A DNA stretch of 64,000 nt. Origin: Basidiobolus meristosporus CBS 931.73 (Eukaryota > Fungi > Basidiobolomycota). Of this stretch, positions 12,849 through 25,411 are shown piece after piece (within the stretch, counting starts at the first letter, position 1; every line of letters starts with the position of its first letter). Location: NCBI GenBank assembly GCA_002104905.1, contig MCFE01000236.1, forward strand, positions 56,016-120,015, written 5' to 3'. The translations under genes and the position numbers were made by a program. The notes under the pieces are model-generated. The model was not told the DNA's origin and made no database searches. It worked only from the letters and a program-made list of their open reading frames with translations.

Positions 12849-13739
12849 TTAGGCCATGCCCAGTTTATGGATCTCCGAGTTGCTGAGCACCTCCACCACA
12901 GTTCCATGCTCGTTGGGGGTGGCGACTTTAGGTGAGTGACTTGCTGTCCAGCGCATCGCACGGGCCACGGTGGCTACAGAGGCACCAAGAGTCTTCTCGA
13001 GCGTCAACGCAGAAATTTTCTGGACAATGGACTCGAATAGGCGGGGGGTTTCGCGTTCACCTTCGGTGTACAAAATGCCAGGCTGAAGAATGCTCAATCT
13101 TTTGAATCCGATCTTGGATAGCTCCTCTTCGATTTCTCCCTTCGTTTTGGGATACAGGAACCATGAGTTCTTATTGGCATTCGCCGAGGAGACATAAATA
13201 AAGTGCACATCGGAGGTCCCCTGGCTGTCCTGCGACAGATTTTCCTCGTGAATCAACTTCGCTGTCGAGATAACGTAATCCTTATCGATCTTCACAAATG
13301 CCTCTGCTGAGCCAGCCGCCGCCTTGGTGGTGCCAAAGGAACAGAACACCACGTCTTGATTCTTCATTTCATCTCTGCTTTCCTCGATCTTTTCAAAGTT
13401 TACAAGTTTTTGGACCTACACAGCAGAGTGAATGGGTAAGCACTCGATGGAGATGGTCCGAGGCGTAAATTCCAAACCCACCAGGGTATCCTTGTTGGGG
13501 CCGTCGTACGGGACCTCCCTACGGCCGAGAGAAGTCACAGCTTTAAAAGCTCCGCTTGTTAAGAGATCCCTTATGACGCTCTTTCCAACCGCCCCTAGTG
13601 ATGGAAAAGGTAGGTTATGCTTTCAAACGGTGGCGAGATGACCGGCTGGAAACTTACCGGATCCACCTAGGACTAGGGCATTCAACCCTTTGGTGTCCAC
13701 GGCTTGATTATTTTGAGAAGTGCTGTTGCTTTCCGACAT
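12849..13739 (-). CDS. FMP52: FMP52/TIP30(HTATIP2)-like NAD(P)-binding protein; introns 13595-13657 and 13416-13481, ~253 aa
   Basis: After splicing: ALVLGGSGAVGK Rossmann motif, VVFCSFGTTKAAAGSAEAFVKIDKDY, YVSS, YPKTKGEIEE, ILQPG. Confidence 0.85.
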
Positions 13740-14133
13740 CGATTTTTGCTCCTGGAAGGTATTCCACAAGAATAAAACGAATAGGCCTCCAATAAAGGAG
13801 AAAAATAAGTTGGATTTAGAGAGCATGATGAGAGCTGATTCAACCAACGGGGGAGGGCGGGGGAGATATTTCCATATCATCTACCCAGCTAACCAGTAGC
13901 ATATGTCGCATCTGACGTACTTCCAGAGCGATGATGATGAATTGGATTCCTAGCAGGGTTGCTTGTTTCGAAGTGGATCATTGCCATAATTCCATCAGGA
14001 AAATCCCGAGCAAATGTTTTGTTTGGTAGATCTGATAGCGGTATAATATATAGGCGGCCTAATGCGAATAAATACCCTTCAAGCAGTTGCCTATCGCCAC
14101 ATTCTTGAGCTGCCCCTACAGAACTCCTTGACC

Positions 14134-14415
14134 ATGATAGATTTCACTTACAATCCCTCCGGCATCGTCTGGACGTTATTGATCCTGACCGCGTGGATTA
14201 TTGGGCGTCCTTATTTCAAGCGTTTCTTGGAGAGGGACATGCTTCGTCAACAGGAGAAATATCAAAAGAGGATGGAAGAAGAGGAGCGTCTTCGCAGGGA
14301 GGAAGAGGAAAGAGAGCGCCTTGAGGGAATTTCGGAAGACGATTCCGAAGAAGATTCAGAAACGGAGGAGCTGCTGGCTGAGGAGAAGCCTGTTCAATCT
14401 AGAAAAACCCAGTAG
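14134..14415 (+). CDS. Small single-pass membrane protein with charged/acidic coiled-coil tail, 93 aa
   Basis: Hydrophobic segment GIVWTLLILTAWIIG followed by an E/R-rich helix and an acidic tract. Head-to-head with the FMP52-like gene. Confidence 0.6.
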   Translation: MIDFTYNPSGIVWTLLILTAWIIGRPYFKRFLERDMLRQQEKYQKRMEEEERLRREEEERERLEGISEDDSEEDSETEELLAEEKPVQSRKTQ

Positions 14416-14980
14416 GCGTCATGGCAGAATTGTCTGGTTGAACGCAACCCTCCCCCACTACCTGGAAACATGGAAGTGCCGTTGCTCAGCAAGCCCCAGC
14501 TCGTTTTTTAGATGGTTTCTTATTAGACGTATATATATATGTGTACATGCGAGTTCTATTTCTTTAGCATAATCGTTCATGCGGATGAATATTGTGATAA
14601 CAATCGTGGAGAAACCAATAAATCGATTCGTTGAAGATTCTGCTCTAGCAAAACTGTCAATTGTGTCTAGCACCCTTAGGAAGGGCCCCTTCGGTTGAGT
14701 AAAGCTGGTGTGGTCCAAGATTAATGCCAGTACAAAATCCCGCAATCAATTAGGAAATATCTGAAATGCTGATTGATAGAATACTGTGATTATGGCTTGA
14801 TCTTATTACAGGATGTGCATGTAGACTGGGAATATTGTTATGACCCCAAAATACCGGGATTTTCTGAATGGATACTGATTCTGAAATATCGATGATAAAT
14901 CAATTATCTACTGATGATGCAAGTCACTGGTAAATGTATATTGTTCTTACCATTGCCACCACCCAGGGCTCACTACTATC

Positions 14981-16389
14981 ATGAATATTGAGAAACGTTT
15001 TCAAGAAATATCCTCGCACACTGGAAACCAGAAAACCAAGAGCGACGAATACATTCGCTTGGTTCAAGAGATATTTCAGCTACCTCAGGCAGCTGAACAG
15101 ATTTCTTGCCTAAAGGTATTTGTCGCTGGAATACTCGATGAAGCTGTCGGCCTGGTGGTGTCGAGACAAGTTCTGTTTGAGCTGACCGAAGGATTGGAAA
15201 AAATATCGCCCGATGTTGCCAAAGAGGTCTTGATATTTGCTTTGGAGAAGATGCAGCCACGAATCGTTTCTTTCGAGGAGCAGGTAGGTAACAGCAGGGA
15301 AATTCAGCGCGAAATCTAGCTGACTCTTACACCAGGTATCTGTGATGAGGGAAAAATTAGCCGCCATTTATGAAAATGAGGAAGATTGGAGTGAGGCTGC
15401 AAGGATTCTGCAGGGGATCCCACTCGATTCGGGTCACCGGTATTGCCAGCAACTATTTCTAGTTCGTGAATCGTTGATATCTAAAGAAGTCCTCTTATAG
15501 TGCCATCTCCGACGACTACAAACTCAAAATTTATGTAAAGATCATACGATTGTTACTGGAGGAGGATGAGGCCATTGGTGCCGAAACCTATATGAACAGG
15601 GCAGCATTGCTCATTCCAAACAGCCAAGATCTAGTGGTTCAATTGACCTTTAAGCTTTCTCAAGCCCGAGTCCTTGATTTCAAAAGGAAGTTCTTGGAGG
15701 CTAGCTCGAAGTATCACGAGTTGAGCTACGTCACTGAAATGGTCCCTGAAGATAGAGAGCAAGCCCTGTAAGTGGTTCAAATCCATTCTTCCTGCCACCG
15801 TTTCTAACGTAGCGATGCGACCAGATCGTGCGCAGTGATTTGTGCAGTCTTGGCTGGGGCCGGTCCACAAAGATCCCGTCTACTCGCCACGCTTTACAAG
15901 GATGAGCGTACACAGCGTCTCGCCCATTTTTCCATCTTGGAAAAGATGTATCTGGACCGAGTACTGCGCGCTTCCGAGGTATCTGACTTCGCCTCGCTCT
16001 TAAAGCCACACCAACTAGCGCGATTACCTGACGGCAGTACTGTCCTTGACCGAGCGGTGATGGAGCACAACCTGCTGTCCGCATCCAAAATTTACAACAA
16101 TATTGGGATCGAAGAGTTGGGCTCATTGTTGTCGATTCCTGCAGCCCAGGCCGAGATAGTCGCCAGTAGAATGATAGGCGAGAGCCGACTACGTGCCACT
16201 ATTGACCAGATCCATAGGCTGATCGTCTTCCAGCATGGGGAAGGGGAGCACCTCGCACTTGGTAACAATCTCGTCATCGCCAAGTGGGATCAATCTATTC
16301 AAAACATCTGCCATCGTGTGGAATCTATCGTTGCTCTGATTCACTCCAAAAACCCCGAATACACGTCCTCCCAATCCACTCTCCTTTGA
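14981..16389 (+). CDS. CSN4: COP9 signalosome subunit 4; introns 15284-15335, 15440-15500 and 15768-15824, ~412 aa
   Basis: [61 protein letters not shown] domain [20 protein letters not shown]. All splice joins are in frame. Confidence 0.95.
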
Positions 16390-17755
16390 TCCGGTATGTC
16401 GATGCGAATTACGCATTCTTCCGCACCTTGTTACAACCCCAACCCCCACCATAGCCCTTTGACCCACATGCACGGTTGAATTAAATACAAGTGGTTTCCA
16501 CCCACGAGGGTATTACGCGTACATGTCCTCTAGTGGCCTATTGAGGTGTGCGCCAGGAGATCGATATGCGTAGTGATGGATGGACAAAGACACCCAGCCT
16601 CACGGTACTTGCAAGAGTTTCTCTGGCCCTTTGGATGCATTATTACTAATCCATGTTCCACAAGGAGGTTGATTCATCACATCAGGAAAGGACGGTTCTT
16701 GAAATCGCACATCAGCCTTGTCTGGAATGTTTCTCAACAGGTTTCTTGACCCGTTCTAAAAGTAATTCCTCAGAAACATCTGCTTTCCGTTTCTGGTAGA
16801 GACCTTGAGGAGGGTGGTCAAATAGAAAGCAGTTATGATGGTTGGTGAGATGAGAGTAGCCTGGAGTTGCGGGTTACTTAAAATGGGAGCGGCAGTAATA
16901 CAAATCCTGTTGCGAGATATATCAGAAGGTTGGCTGTTGGCCAACCTCAGACATCTGCATACAAAGAGATCAGACCCGACACAAAAGGTCTTGAGTCCAG
17001 ATTGGCTAGGTCTTACCAAGGCCAGAGAGGAGTGAGTGTTGCGCCGGTAACCAACGCACCATATCCGAGGCGAGCCATTGGCTTATTGCGGAATAGGAAT
17101 GCTAGAGCAGGAGGTGCGTTGACGGGCAGCGGTACCTGCGCCGGCGTTCTCGCCGTTGGTAGATTTGCGTGGTGTAAGAGGAAGGCTGGATGCTTCCCAC
17201 AAAGCAGGTATCGCTTGCCATTCAGCCGGTGATGCCCAGGCTGAGGCTTGAAGGAGTTGGTGGGAGACTGCAGTAGGGAAAAGTTGGTGCCGTCTTAGCA
17301 AAGTCTGTTCCTACCAGCTGTTCTTTACTGTCGAAGTTGAAAAGAGATATCGAGATCGACATACGAAATGTTGATCGATTCTAGTACTTCAGGAGAGGGA
17401 ATGGGTGAACCATGCTTGTGACAGTTGCACTCATGATTATTGTTAACGAATGCTTAATTATACCACATTTTCCCTGGCTTCCCTGGAAAGCCTTCGTATC
17501 AGTGGGCTGCTATTGTCCGATGCAGCCACTAGAATTGCTCAGCATCACCGCTTACATAACACACTGTCGTCATCACAACTGAGAAGGTTATCGACGAAAT
17601 TCCAAACCCCATTTCACCAAGACGAGGGTATTCAATCCAGTGAATAAATGAATAGCTCTTATGATTCCAGCTCATGCAGTCAATGAGACATGCAGAATTA
17701 ATGATGAACCCAGTTTGTGCCGAGGAGATGCTGATCATCGTGAACTATAGTTTAA

Positions 17756-18452
<697 letters not shown>

Positions 18453-18552
18453 ATATTTACTTGCTCTTTGTCACGCGATACCTACAGTCCATCAACCAGA
18501 ATAAACCAAAACAAGCCACATGAAATCTGTCGATCTCGCTTGATTGTTGGCT

Positions 18553-19048
18553 TCAAAGTGAATCGACTGATTTCAGATTTGGTCGGGATGAGAAATCGGT
18601 CTGGTGGATTCCACCCAGGTCGTCAGAATTGATCTTCCAGGAGAGGTCGTTGCAGTAGGTATATTGGGTTGATGTCTGAATGCTCATGCTGGTGGCGGTT
18701 GGTTGCGAAATCTGGGAAGCTGACTGTCCTCGGATCCCCAGACAATCTCGTGGCACCCCAAGCCAATGTGTGCTGTTACATCCCGAACTAATCAACACCT
18801 CCGTGCCAAACGGTCTGAGATGCTGGTTTCACACGGTTCTACCGGGGTTTCTCGGCTGAAATCTTCGGTGATGGGCAGGCCACGAGTCCCGCGAAGTCCA
18901 AAAACTCCAGCACCGCTGCGATTGTACTGGAGGCTAGAGGAGAGGGTCTCCTTGGGCCCTCTAATGGGGACTGGGTGATGTGTTGGTCAGGGTTGATCAG
19001 GAGTTGACGTGATGTTGAAGGTCTCAGAATATCTTCTCTTGAAGGCAT
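18553..19048 (-). CDS. Possible two-exon hypothetical Ser/Pro-rich protein, ~146 aa; intron 18788-18842
   Basis: A 55-nt GT...AG intron joins track ORFs 18839..19048 and 18553..18798 in frame. No recognisable domain. Confidence 0.4.
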
Positions 19049-19837
19049 TTTACCACCGGTTTACCCATAGATCGCCCCCGATCCCATGGGCCTTACAAAC
19101 CGGAAGTTGCGTGTGATTATTAACACATCGATGAGTATCACAGCTTGTGGACCAAACTCTGATAAAAGCGGAAATCTGGAATTCGTTGCGAAAGAAGTGG
19201 TTTTCTGACCAAAGGAGATGGGTCAAGATGCGAAGCAGAATTGGGACTCTGAAGTGATTTGGTGTCGCGAGGAGCTAGCACATTTCGGCTTTTTGGTTTG
19301 TTTATTGAAAGTTGATATCCTTACTCTTGCCAGAACTCGTAGACTAGACATCGTGTTTTGCTCAAGGTGATGGAAGATTTGCAAAATTAGAAGCTTCCTC
19401 CTTACAATAGGAACCCTGGCAAATAATTCAAACTTCAAGTTTGTTGGTTTTTTCATTGTTGAAAGTAACAGTGGGTACCCGGAAGTGATTTGCATGTTCA
19501 GATGCTGTGGTGTGTCATTTAATGATATATTGAGCTGAAATCAGTATTTACAGTACCAGCCTAAGGCAACTCCTGAGCAGCTCAGATTTTGCCTTCTATT
19601 CTATGGTTTAATTTGGCCAACCTGCTTGCCCTACTTGGTAAAGTCTCTGTATGCAGCATTATCCAATGAAGTCAAAGAAGATCATGCCACTCTGATGGTT
19701 GGCCATATCATGATCAAGTATGCTTTTCAAAATGAAGCCAAGAATGAATTTCAATATCACAACCTTCTTTTTTCCTTCAAAATAGATCTGTATATTTCTT
19801 ATCTAGTAGCCATTCCCTGTAGTAAGGTACTTGTCTC

Positions 19838-19920
19838 TATTATGAGAGTCTTGAAGATAATGGAAGTGATTGGGAGAACTGTCAGATTATGAGGCTTTTA
19901 CTTGGTGATATATTGATCTC
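19838..19920 (-). repeat. Degraded fragment of a copia-1 LTR 3' end
   Basis: Reverse complement contains TTCTCCCAATCACTTCCATTATCTTCAAGACTCTCATAATA, similar to the U5 end of the copia-1 LTRs. Confidence 0.4.
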
Positions 19921-20148
19921 TCATTCTGGCAGATTGTAGTACCACTGAGTACCATAGCATGGCAGATAGTACCAGGGAGTGATGTAAAGTGCTAGATTTG
20001 TATCAAACATGATACACATATAACCTTCAATGATCAGATCAACTGTAAGATATGCAGCACTATTTTTAACGCTACCTATGTGGTATAATTTAGTCACATA
20101 GGTGGATCCAAGCTGGATTGGCCATGAAGATTATTTTAGAACACCATT

Positions 20149-20260
20149 CCCTATGAAAAACAAATTGGTCCTGTAGGTAAATCCAATCCATATAAGCCAT
20201 TAGGATCCAGCAAGGAGACTGTTATAATATCAGCATCTTGGAATTCTTGCTTCTCTTAAC
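20149..20260 (-). mobile_element. CACTA-like element, right-end fragment, cut by a copia LTR
   Basis: CCCTATGAAAAACAAATTGGTCC...AATCCAATCCA matches the reverse complement of the end at 28067 and the end at 45984. Confidence 0.7.
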
Positions 20261-21182
20261 TGTTGTAAAACTCATAATTCCACCTATATATTCATCTCAG
20301 TCACTAAGATCATTACCTACAAATCTTTGAGAATACTGACCAAATACCTTGTTGGGATTTACTTGGAATATTTTCACCTAAATATCAGGCATCCAGAACA
20401 TGAATATTAGATAAGCTGTCCAAACAGCCACAAACTTTGCACACATGCTCTTGAGACCTTCCTAGACCTATTTTATGTGCTTGTCATGCCAAGACCAAGT
20501 AAAAGTATAAATATTACTTTTACATACAGTAAATCATTAAGTGAAAACCATATAATCTACTTGTTATCCCAATCACTTCCATCTTCTTCAAGACTCTTAC
20601 AACAGGCTAGGAGCCCTAAGCTGGCACTCTCTACAATATCTACTTTTGCTAGTACTGGAATATTTTTTTCTGCTGAAAAGTTGGATGGATCTAATTACTA
20701 AGTGTGGAAAGTGAAGATGAAGATGCTGCTACAAGAAAGAGGCCTTTGGGATATTGTCATGGGAGAAGAATGCCCTTTTAAAAATGTGGGAGAGGAAGTT
20801 TTAAAGTACCAGAAGAAAGAACAAAGTGCCTTTAACTGCATTTGCCTTAATCCCTATGAAAAATTATTGAGATGATCATGTCAAAAGGCTGTCACAAAGT
20901 TAATGTCCCGTGACTGAGAGGTACTGATCTTGTCAGGACTCTGTCCAGAGACCATTGAAAAATAATTGCACCCCAGATTTCACAAAAAACTTTGTCAAGA
21001 TTTTTCATCACAATGATGTATAAGTGGCTTTTGATTGGTTCCCTGCCAATTTGCTCACTTTCTGATCCTGGGCACTCTATTGCCTCCTACATTTGTGTGA
21101 ATTGATTGGCTATTGCCTCTTTTTCACACTCCTTACTTCCTGACTCAACCATTTCTCTTACTTTTCATGCATACAAATTGAT

Positions 21183-23252
21183 TTATTTCTGTTGAAACTT
21201 CAGTTGTACCTCAATTGCCAATTGTATTGACCTATACAAGTCTCTATACCCTACACTAACATTAAGCCCAACACCACACTCATCAAGTAACTCCATTAAA
21301 ATCCACCACTCAATAAGTATTTCTACTGTAACACTCTGGTTCCACAACTTTGGCAGGAACCCAACAGCTTTATGCCACTGTTCATTCACTGGTTCCCACA
21401 CATCCTGGTCTTCAGCCAGCACTGCAAGGTCTAGCTCCTCATCTGCCAGTCTTTGCAATAAATCCCTGCAATATTCCAGTGCATTTTCTTGAGCACTGCT
21501 CTTGAAGAAGTGCTGCAACCTCTTGGTGTGCCTATTAATGTTCCAAAACTCCACTGAAGGCATGGTGATAGTCTTTCAAGCTCTTGACATTGTAGCCTTG
21601 TCTGTCAGTGGGATCTCCACTCTGTCTACAATGGAGGCTGTGGTGGCTGTGGTAGATGAATTGCCTTTTTCAGCAAACTCATCTACCTTGCTGGAGTGTA
21701 GCTCAACTGGCTGCGCTTCCAACTCTTATGAAAACAGCTGTTTTCTTGTTGGTAATTCTTCTTGGCTATGATGGGATTCAGTCTGTTCCTGGCTTGCTGT
21801 GTTAATTGGCAAGAACTGCAGTTTTTTTTGCATGCCTCCCTGTCTCAGGCTTGGGTAGACATTTTTCCCTTTACCTTTTCCTTTATCACTGCCAGGTCTT
21901 TCACTGCTACTTTGTCTGAGTGCTTCTTGTAAAGAACTATGTTTTCTCCTGGATAAATTCTGCTCTGACACATCTGTTTTGGCCCGCTTGTCCCTTGCTG
22001 GCACTCTTCTGGCAACCTGACTTTTCTTTTCAGCTTGTTTTGAGCTCTCAACTGTAGTTGTGATAGGCTCCTGTAAAAGCAGCTGGTTTTTATCACTGCC
22101 AGGTCCTTCACTGCTACTTTGACTGTGTGCTTCTTGAGTGGTACTACACTTTTTCCTTGATAAATGTTGTGCTGGTGCATCCATGTCTGCCTGCTTGTCC
22201 TTAATTGGCACTCTTCCAGCTGCCTGACATCTCTTTGACACTTGTCTGGAGCTTTTGGCCCTGCTTGTAATGGCCTCTTGAGGAAGCCGCTGGTTTTTAG
22301 CCATGGCACCCTTGTTCTTCTGCCTTTGATAGTTTCTGCTATTCTTAAGATACTTTCTTAGCATACCAATGCTGGCCCAAAATCCATTTGCCTGTTTGGA
22401 TCCAGGATAATGCTCATGGAACAAGTCAAGTGCATTCTGCTTGGCCTTGAGTTCCTGATGGTCCCATGGTATGCTGGCCTTAAGGTGATGGCATGCTAGA
22501 CTTCTGATGGCCTCTTGTATATTAGCCCACTCTTCATTATTGCACTCAATGGCTTCACAGATCTTCAATGTCTTTTGATTTTTAGGCTTTGGTATAAACA
22601 CCACATTGTCTCCCTCCCATGCTGTGATAGGTTTTTCTGTGGGCTTTATCTTTGGGCACTGTTGTTGTGCTTCAAAGACTGTACGGTGTTCCTCTGCTGT
22701 TACATTGGGAAATGGCTCAATTCTTGGCTGTGACATTAAGCTACTTGAGTTGCTTCTTTGCAGCAAAGATACTGCTTTCTCTACCTGGGATATTGATTAC
22801 TCTACACATATTATCTGCTCATCCTGTTTCTGGACTACTTCCTGATTTCTCTAGGCCATTGCATCTATCCAATCAGCCACTGCACCTAATTGCTTCATTA
22901 ATGCTTTGGTATGAGCTGACAACATACTTGCTAATATGGGTGGTGGTGATGTTATCATGGCCACTTGCTGATCTTCAACAGAGGGTACTGCATTTGCTAC
23001 ATTCACATCTGCCTGAGCATAACAGTCAGCTTGTGGCTCCACAGAGGTTTGCAATTGCCTACTTGACTGAGAGCCTGAGGAGTCCACATTATTACCTTCA
23101 ATGGGCACACTGTCCACAGGGCCTTTTTTGGATGTAACCCTGCTTGTTGCACCAAATGTCAAAGCAAGCTGTTGTCCAACTGTTCTTCTGTTGCTGTCAG
23201 CAATGGGGATTGGTTGAGAACCAGACAACTTTGCTTTATTTTTTGGCAGCAT
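21183..23252 (-). pseudogene. Second ORF (ORF-B) of the CACTA-like element, ~690 codons, broken by stops
   Basis: Track ORFs 22851..23252, 21726..22766 and 21183..21563 are collinear and homologous to ORFs in copies 2 and 3. Confidence 0.75.
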
Positions 23253-23666
23253 ATATATAGAAGTGAGTCAAACCAAAGGGGAAATAGTATTACATATATG
23301 TGTGTATGTGGTGCCACAACTTTATTTATAATGCTTACTATGGCAGGTCATCATTGAATCTTACATTCATGTAGGTGCAATGTCTCAAATACAAGACTGT
23401 CTTAAGTTCACATGAGTATTGACTAAAAAGTGATATAATAGCGTTACGTTGTTGAAGGTCAAACTGTTTGCCCCATGGACAAGACTACTTTGACTCAACA
23501 CCGTAAGAGAAGAGAAAAAAGACCACATGGCTATTGTGGCAAGCCTCTCAGCCATGAAGCACGCAGACAGCATAGGAAGTATTACAAGGATCACAGCCAG
23601 TGTTTTGCCACCTAAGTCATATTTGACCATTCATTGGTCACTACTGTACCAACATTATCTTGCCGG

Positions 23667-24735
23667 TGTGGTGGTGTATAGGACCAAGGGAGAGATACAT
23701 CCAACACTTCTCAAGTGTTTTGTGTGTGGGATGTTCACTGGGTGCAATAACCTCTGGCAAAAGCTTGCTAGGAATACTTGGGTTCTGTCTCTAATCTAAT
23801 GTGAAGGGGAATAAAGCCACAAGCTTGTCAAGGGAAAACTATTGAGCTACAATCCCCAACTTAGTTGGCGTCTTAACAAAGTATGTGCTGGGTTCAGCAT
23901 CCTTTGAGATGACAATGTACTAAAGCTTCCAAAGTCAAAACAACTGTAAACTCCACCAGCAGGGACTTGATAAGAATGAAGCTGTGGTCAATAGTTACAA
24001 AGACAGAAAAGTATCTTTGCCTGTACAAGAACAACTTGGGAAAGAATCAAATATTATAAAAGATACCTACTCTGAGTATTCCTCACAAGTAGTGCCTCCA
24101 AGGTCAGTTGGCTGTCAGCGCAGTTTCCTGGGAGTGTCCTGTGGTCTGGGGTTGGAAGTTCAGGTAGCAGCAGGTAGCAGTGATCACACTAATCAACAAG
24201 TTGGTATATTGATAAAAGGGATGATGATTTATTGTTGAGGGATAGCCTCCCTTATATACTTTTCTTACTGGCTAAGTGATTACTAATCATGGTGTTCCAG
24301 AAGGTTCCGGATATCAAATAGAAGTGTTAATGACATCAGAATGACCTAAGAATGTTCTAAGTAGGTGCCAGAAGGTTCTAAGAGGCACAGCACATCCAAC
24401 CAATCAGGAATCAGTATTCTGAAACCTGTGTAACATAGGGATACCATATATGGTATGGAAATGGTAGGGATGGTAACATGGGTTGATCATGTGTCACAGG
24501 TACTGGTGCGGGTACTTGCCTAATATAGAAGCACTTATAGCTAGTAATCTACATAAAGTGAGGGGTAACTTATGCAATAATGTAAGCAGGTGTGATAGTC
24601 AACCGGCTTATGGGATAGTACTGATTGGGTAAGACAAATGGGATAAAACTAAAATAAGTGTAGAAGAGATATAGTGAAGTAGAAAATAAGGGAATGAGCA
24701 CATCTGTCAGTAGGTGTCACTGTCACCCTACTACA
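23667..24735 (-). mobile_element. Gypsy-type solo LTR, ~1.07 kb, inside the CACTA transposase 5' region
   Basis: Absent from copies 2 and 3. TG...CA ends. Similar to 57110-57700 next to the gypsy gag. Flanks CCGG/CCAG; exact ends uncertain by a few bp. Confidence 0.65.
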
Positions 24736-25062
24736 CCAGCCAGTTGATACTTCTATGGCACCTGGCTGTCTTTGTCACCTGGCACAAACTGAGCCAGGTG
24801 AGTGTGTGACACCTTTAGGCTCACCTCAGCCTTCTGAATATGGCACGCAGAGTGATAGCTCTGTCAAAGAAGGTTCACTGATGGATTTTGAGCCTATCTC
24901 CCCTAACAACGGTACCACATATGAGCCTGGTCAAATCCCTATATGCAATGAGACAACACCCATTGAGACAAATGCCAAGGATACTTTATGAAGCCAAGTG
25001 AGCCCAGTAATTCAACTACTGGTGAATGATATGATGTTGTGGCTAGAGAAATGGCACATTTC

Positions 25063-25411
25063 TGTTGTAAAAGTTTGTATTTCCACCTAAATATTCACCT
25101 AACTTAGTCACTTAGATCATCACCTTCAAATCCTAGAGAATACTGACCAAATTCCTTGTTGGGATTTACTTAGAATATTTTCACCAAAATACCAGGTACC
25201 CAGAACATGAAAATTCTCAAAGTTGTCCAAACAGCCCCAAACTTTGCACACATGTTCTTGGGACCTTCCTTAACCTATTCTACGTGTTTATAATGCCAAG
25301 ACTATGTAAAAGTATAAATACTACTTTTACATTCAATAAATCATTAACTGAAAACCACATAATCTACTTGTTCTCCCAATCACTTCCAATATCTCCAAGA
25401 CTCTTACAACA
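25063..25411 (+). mobile_element. Copia-1 solo LTR, 349 bp, with 5-bp TSD ATTTC
   Basis: TGTTG...CAACA flanked by ATTTC on both sides. The empty site CGCATTTCCACT is seen in copy 2 near 35955. Confidence 0.92.

Noticed and set aside
14458-14745. 95-aa minus-strand ORF
   Set aside because: TTG start, no motif, and it overlaps the 3' region of the small membrane protein gene.
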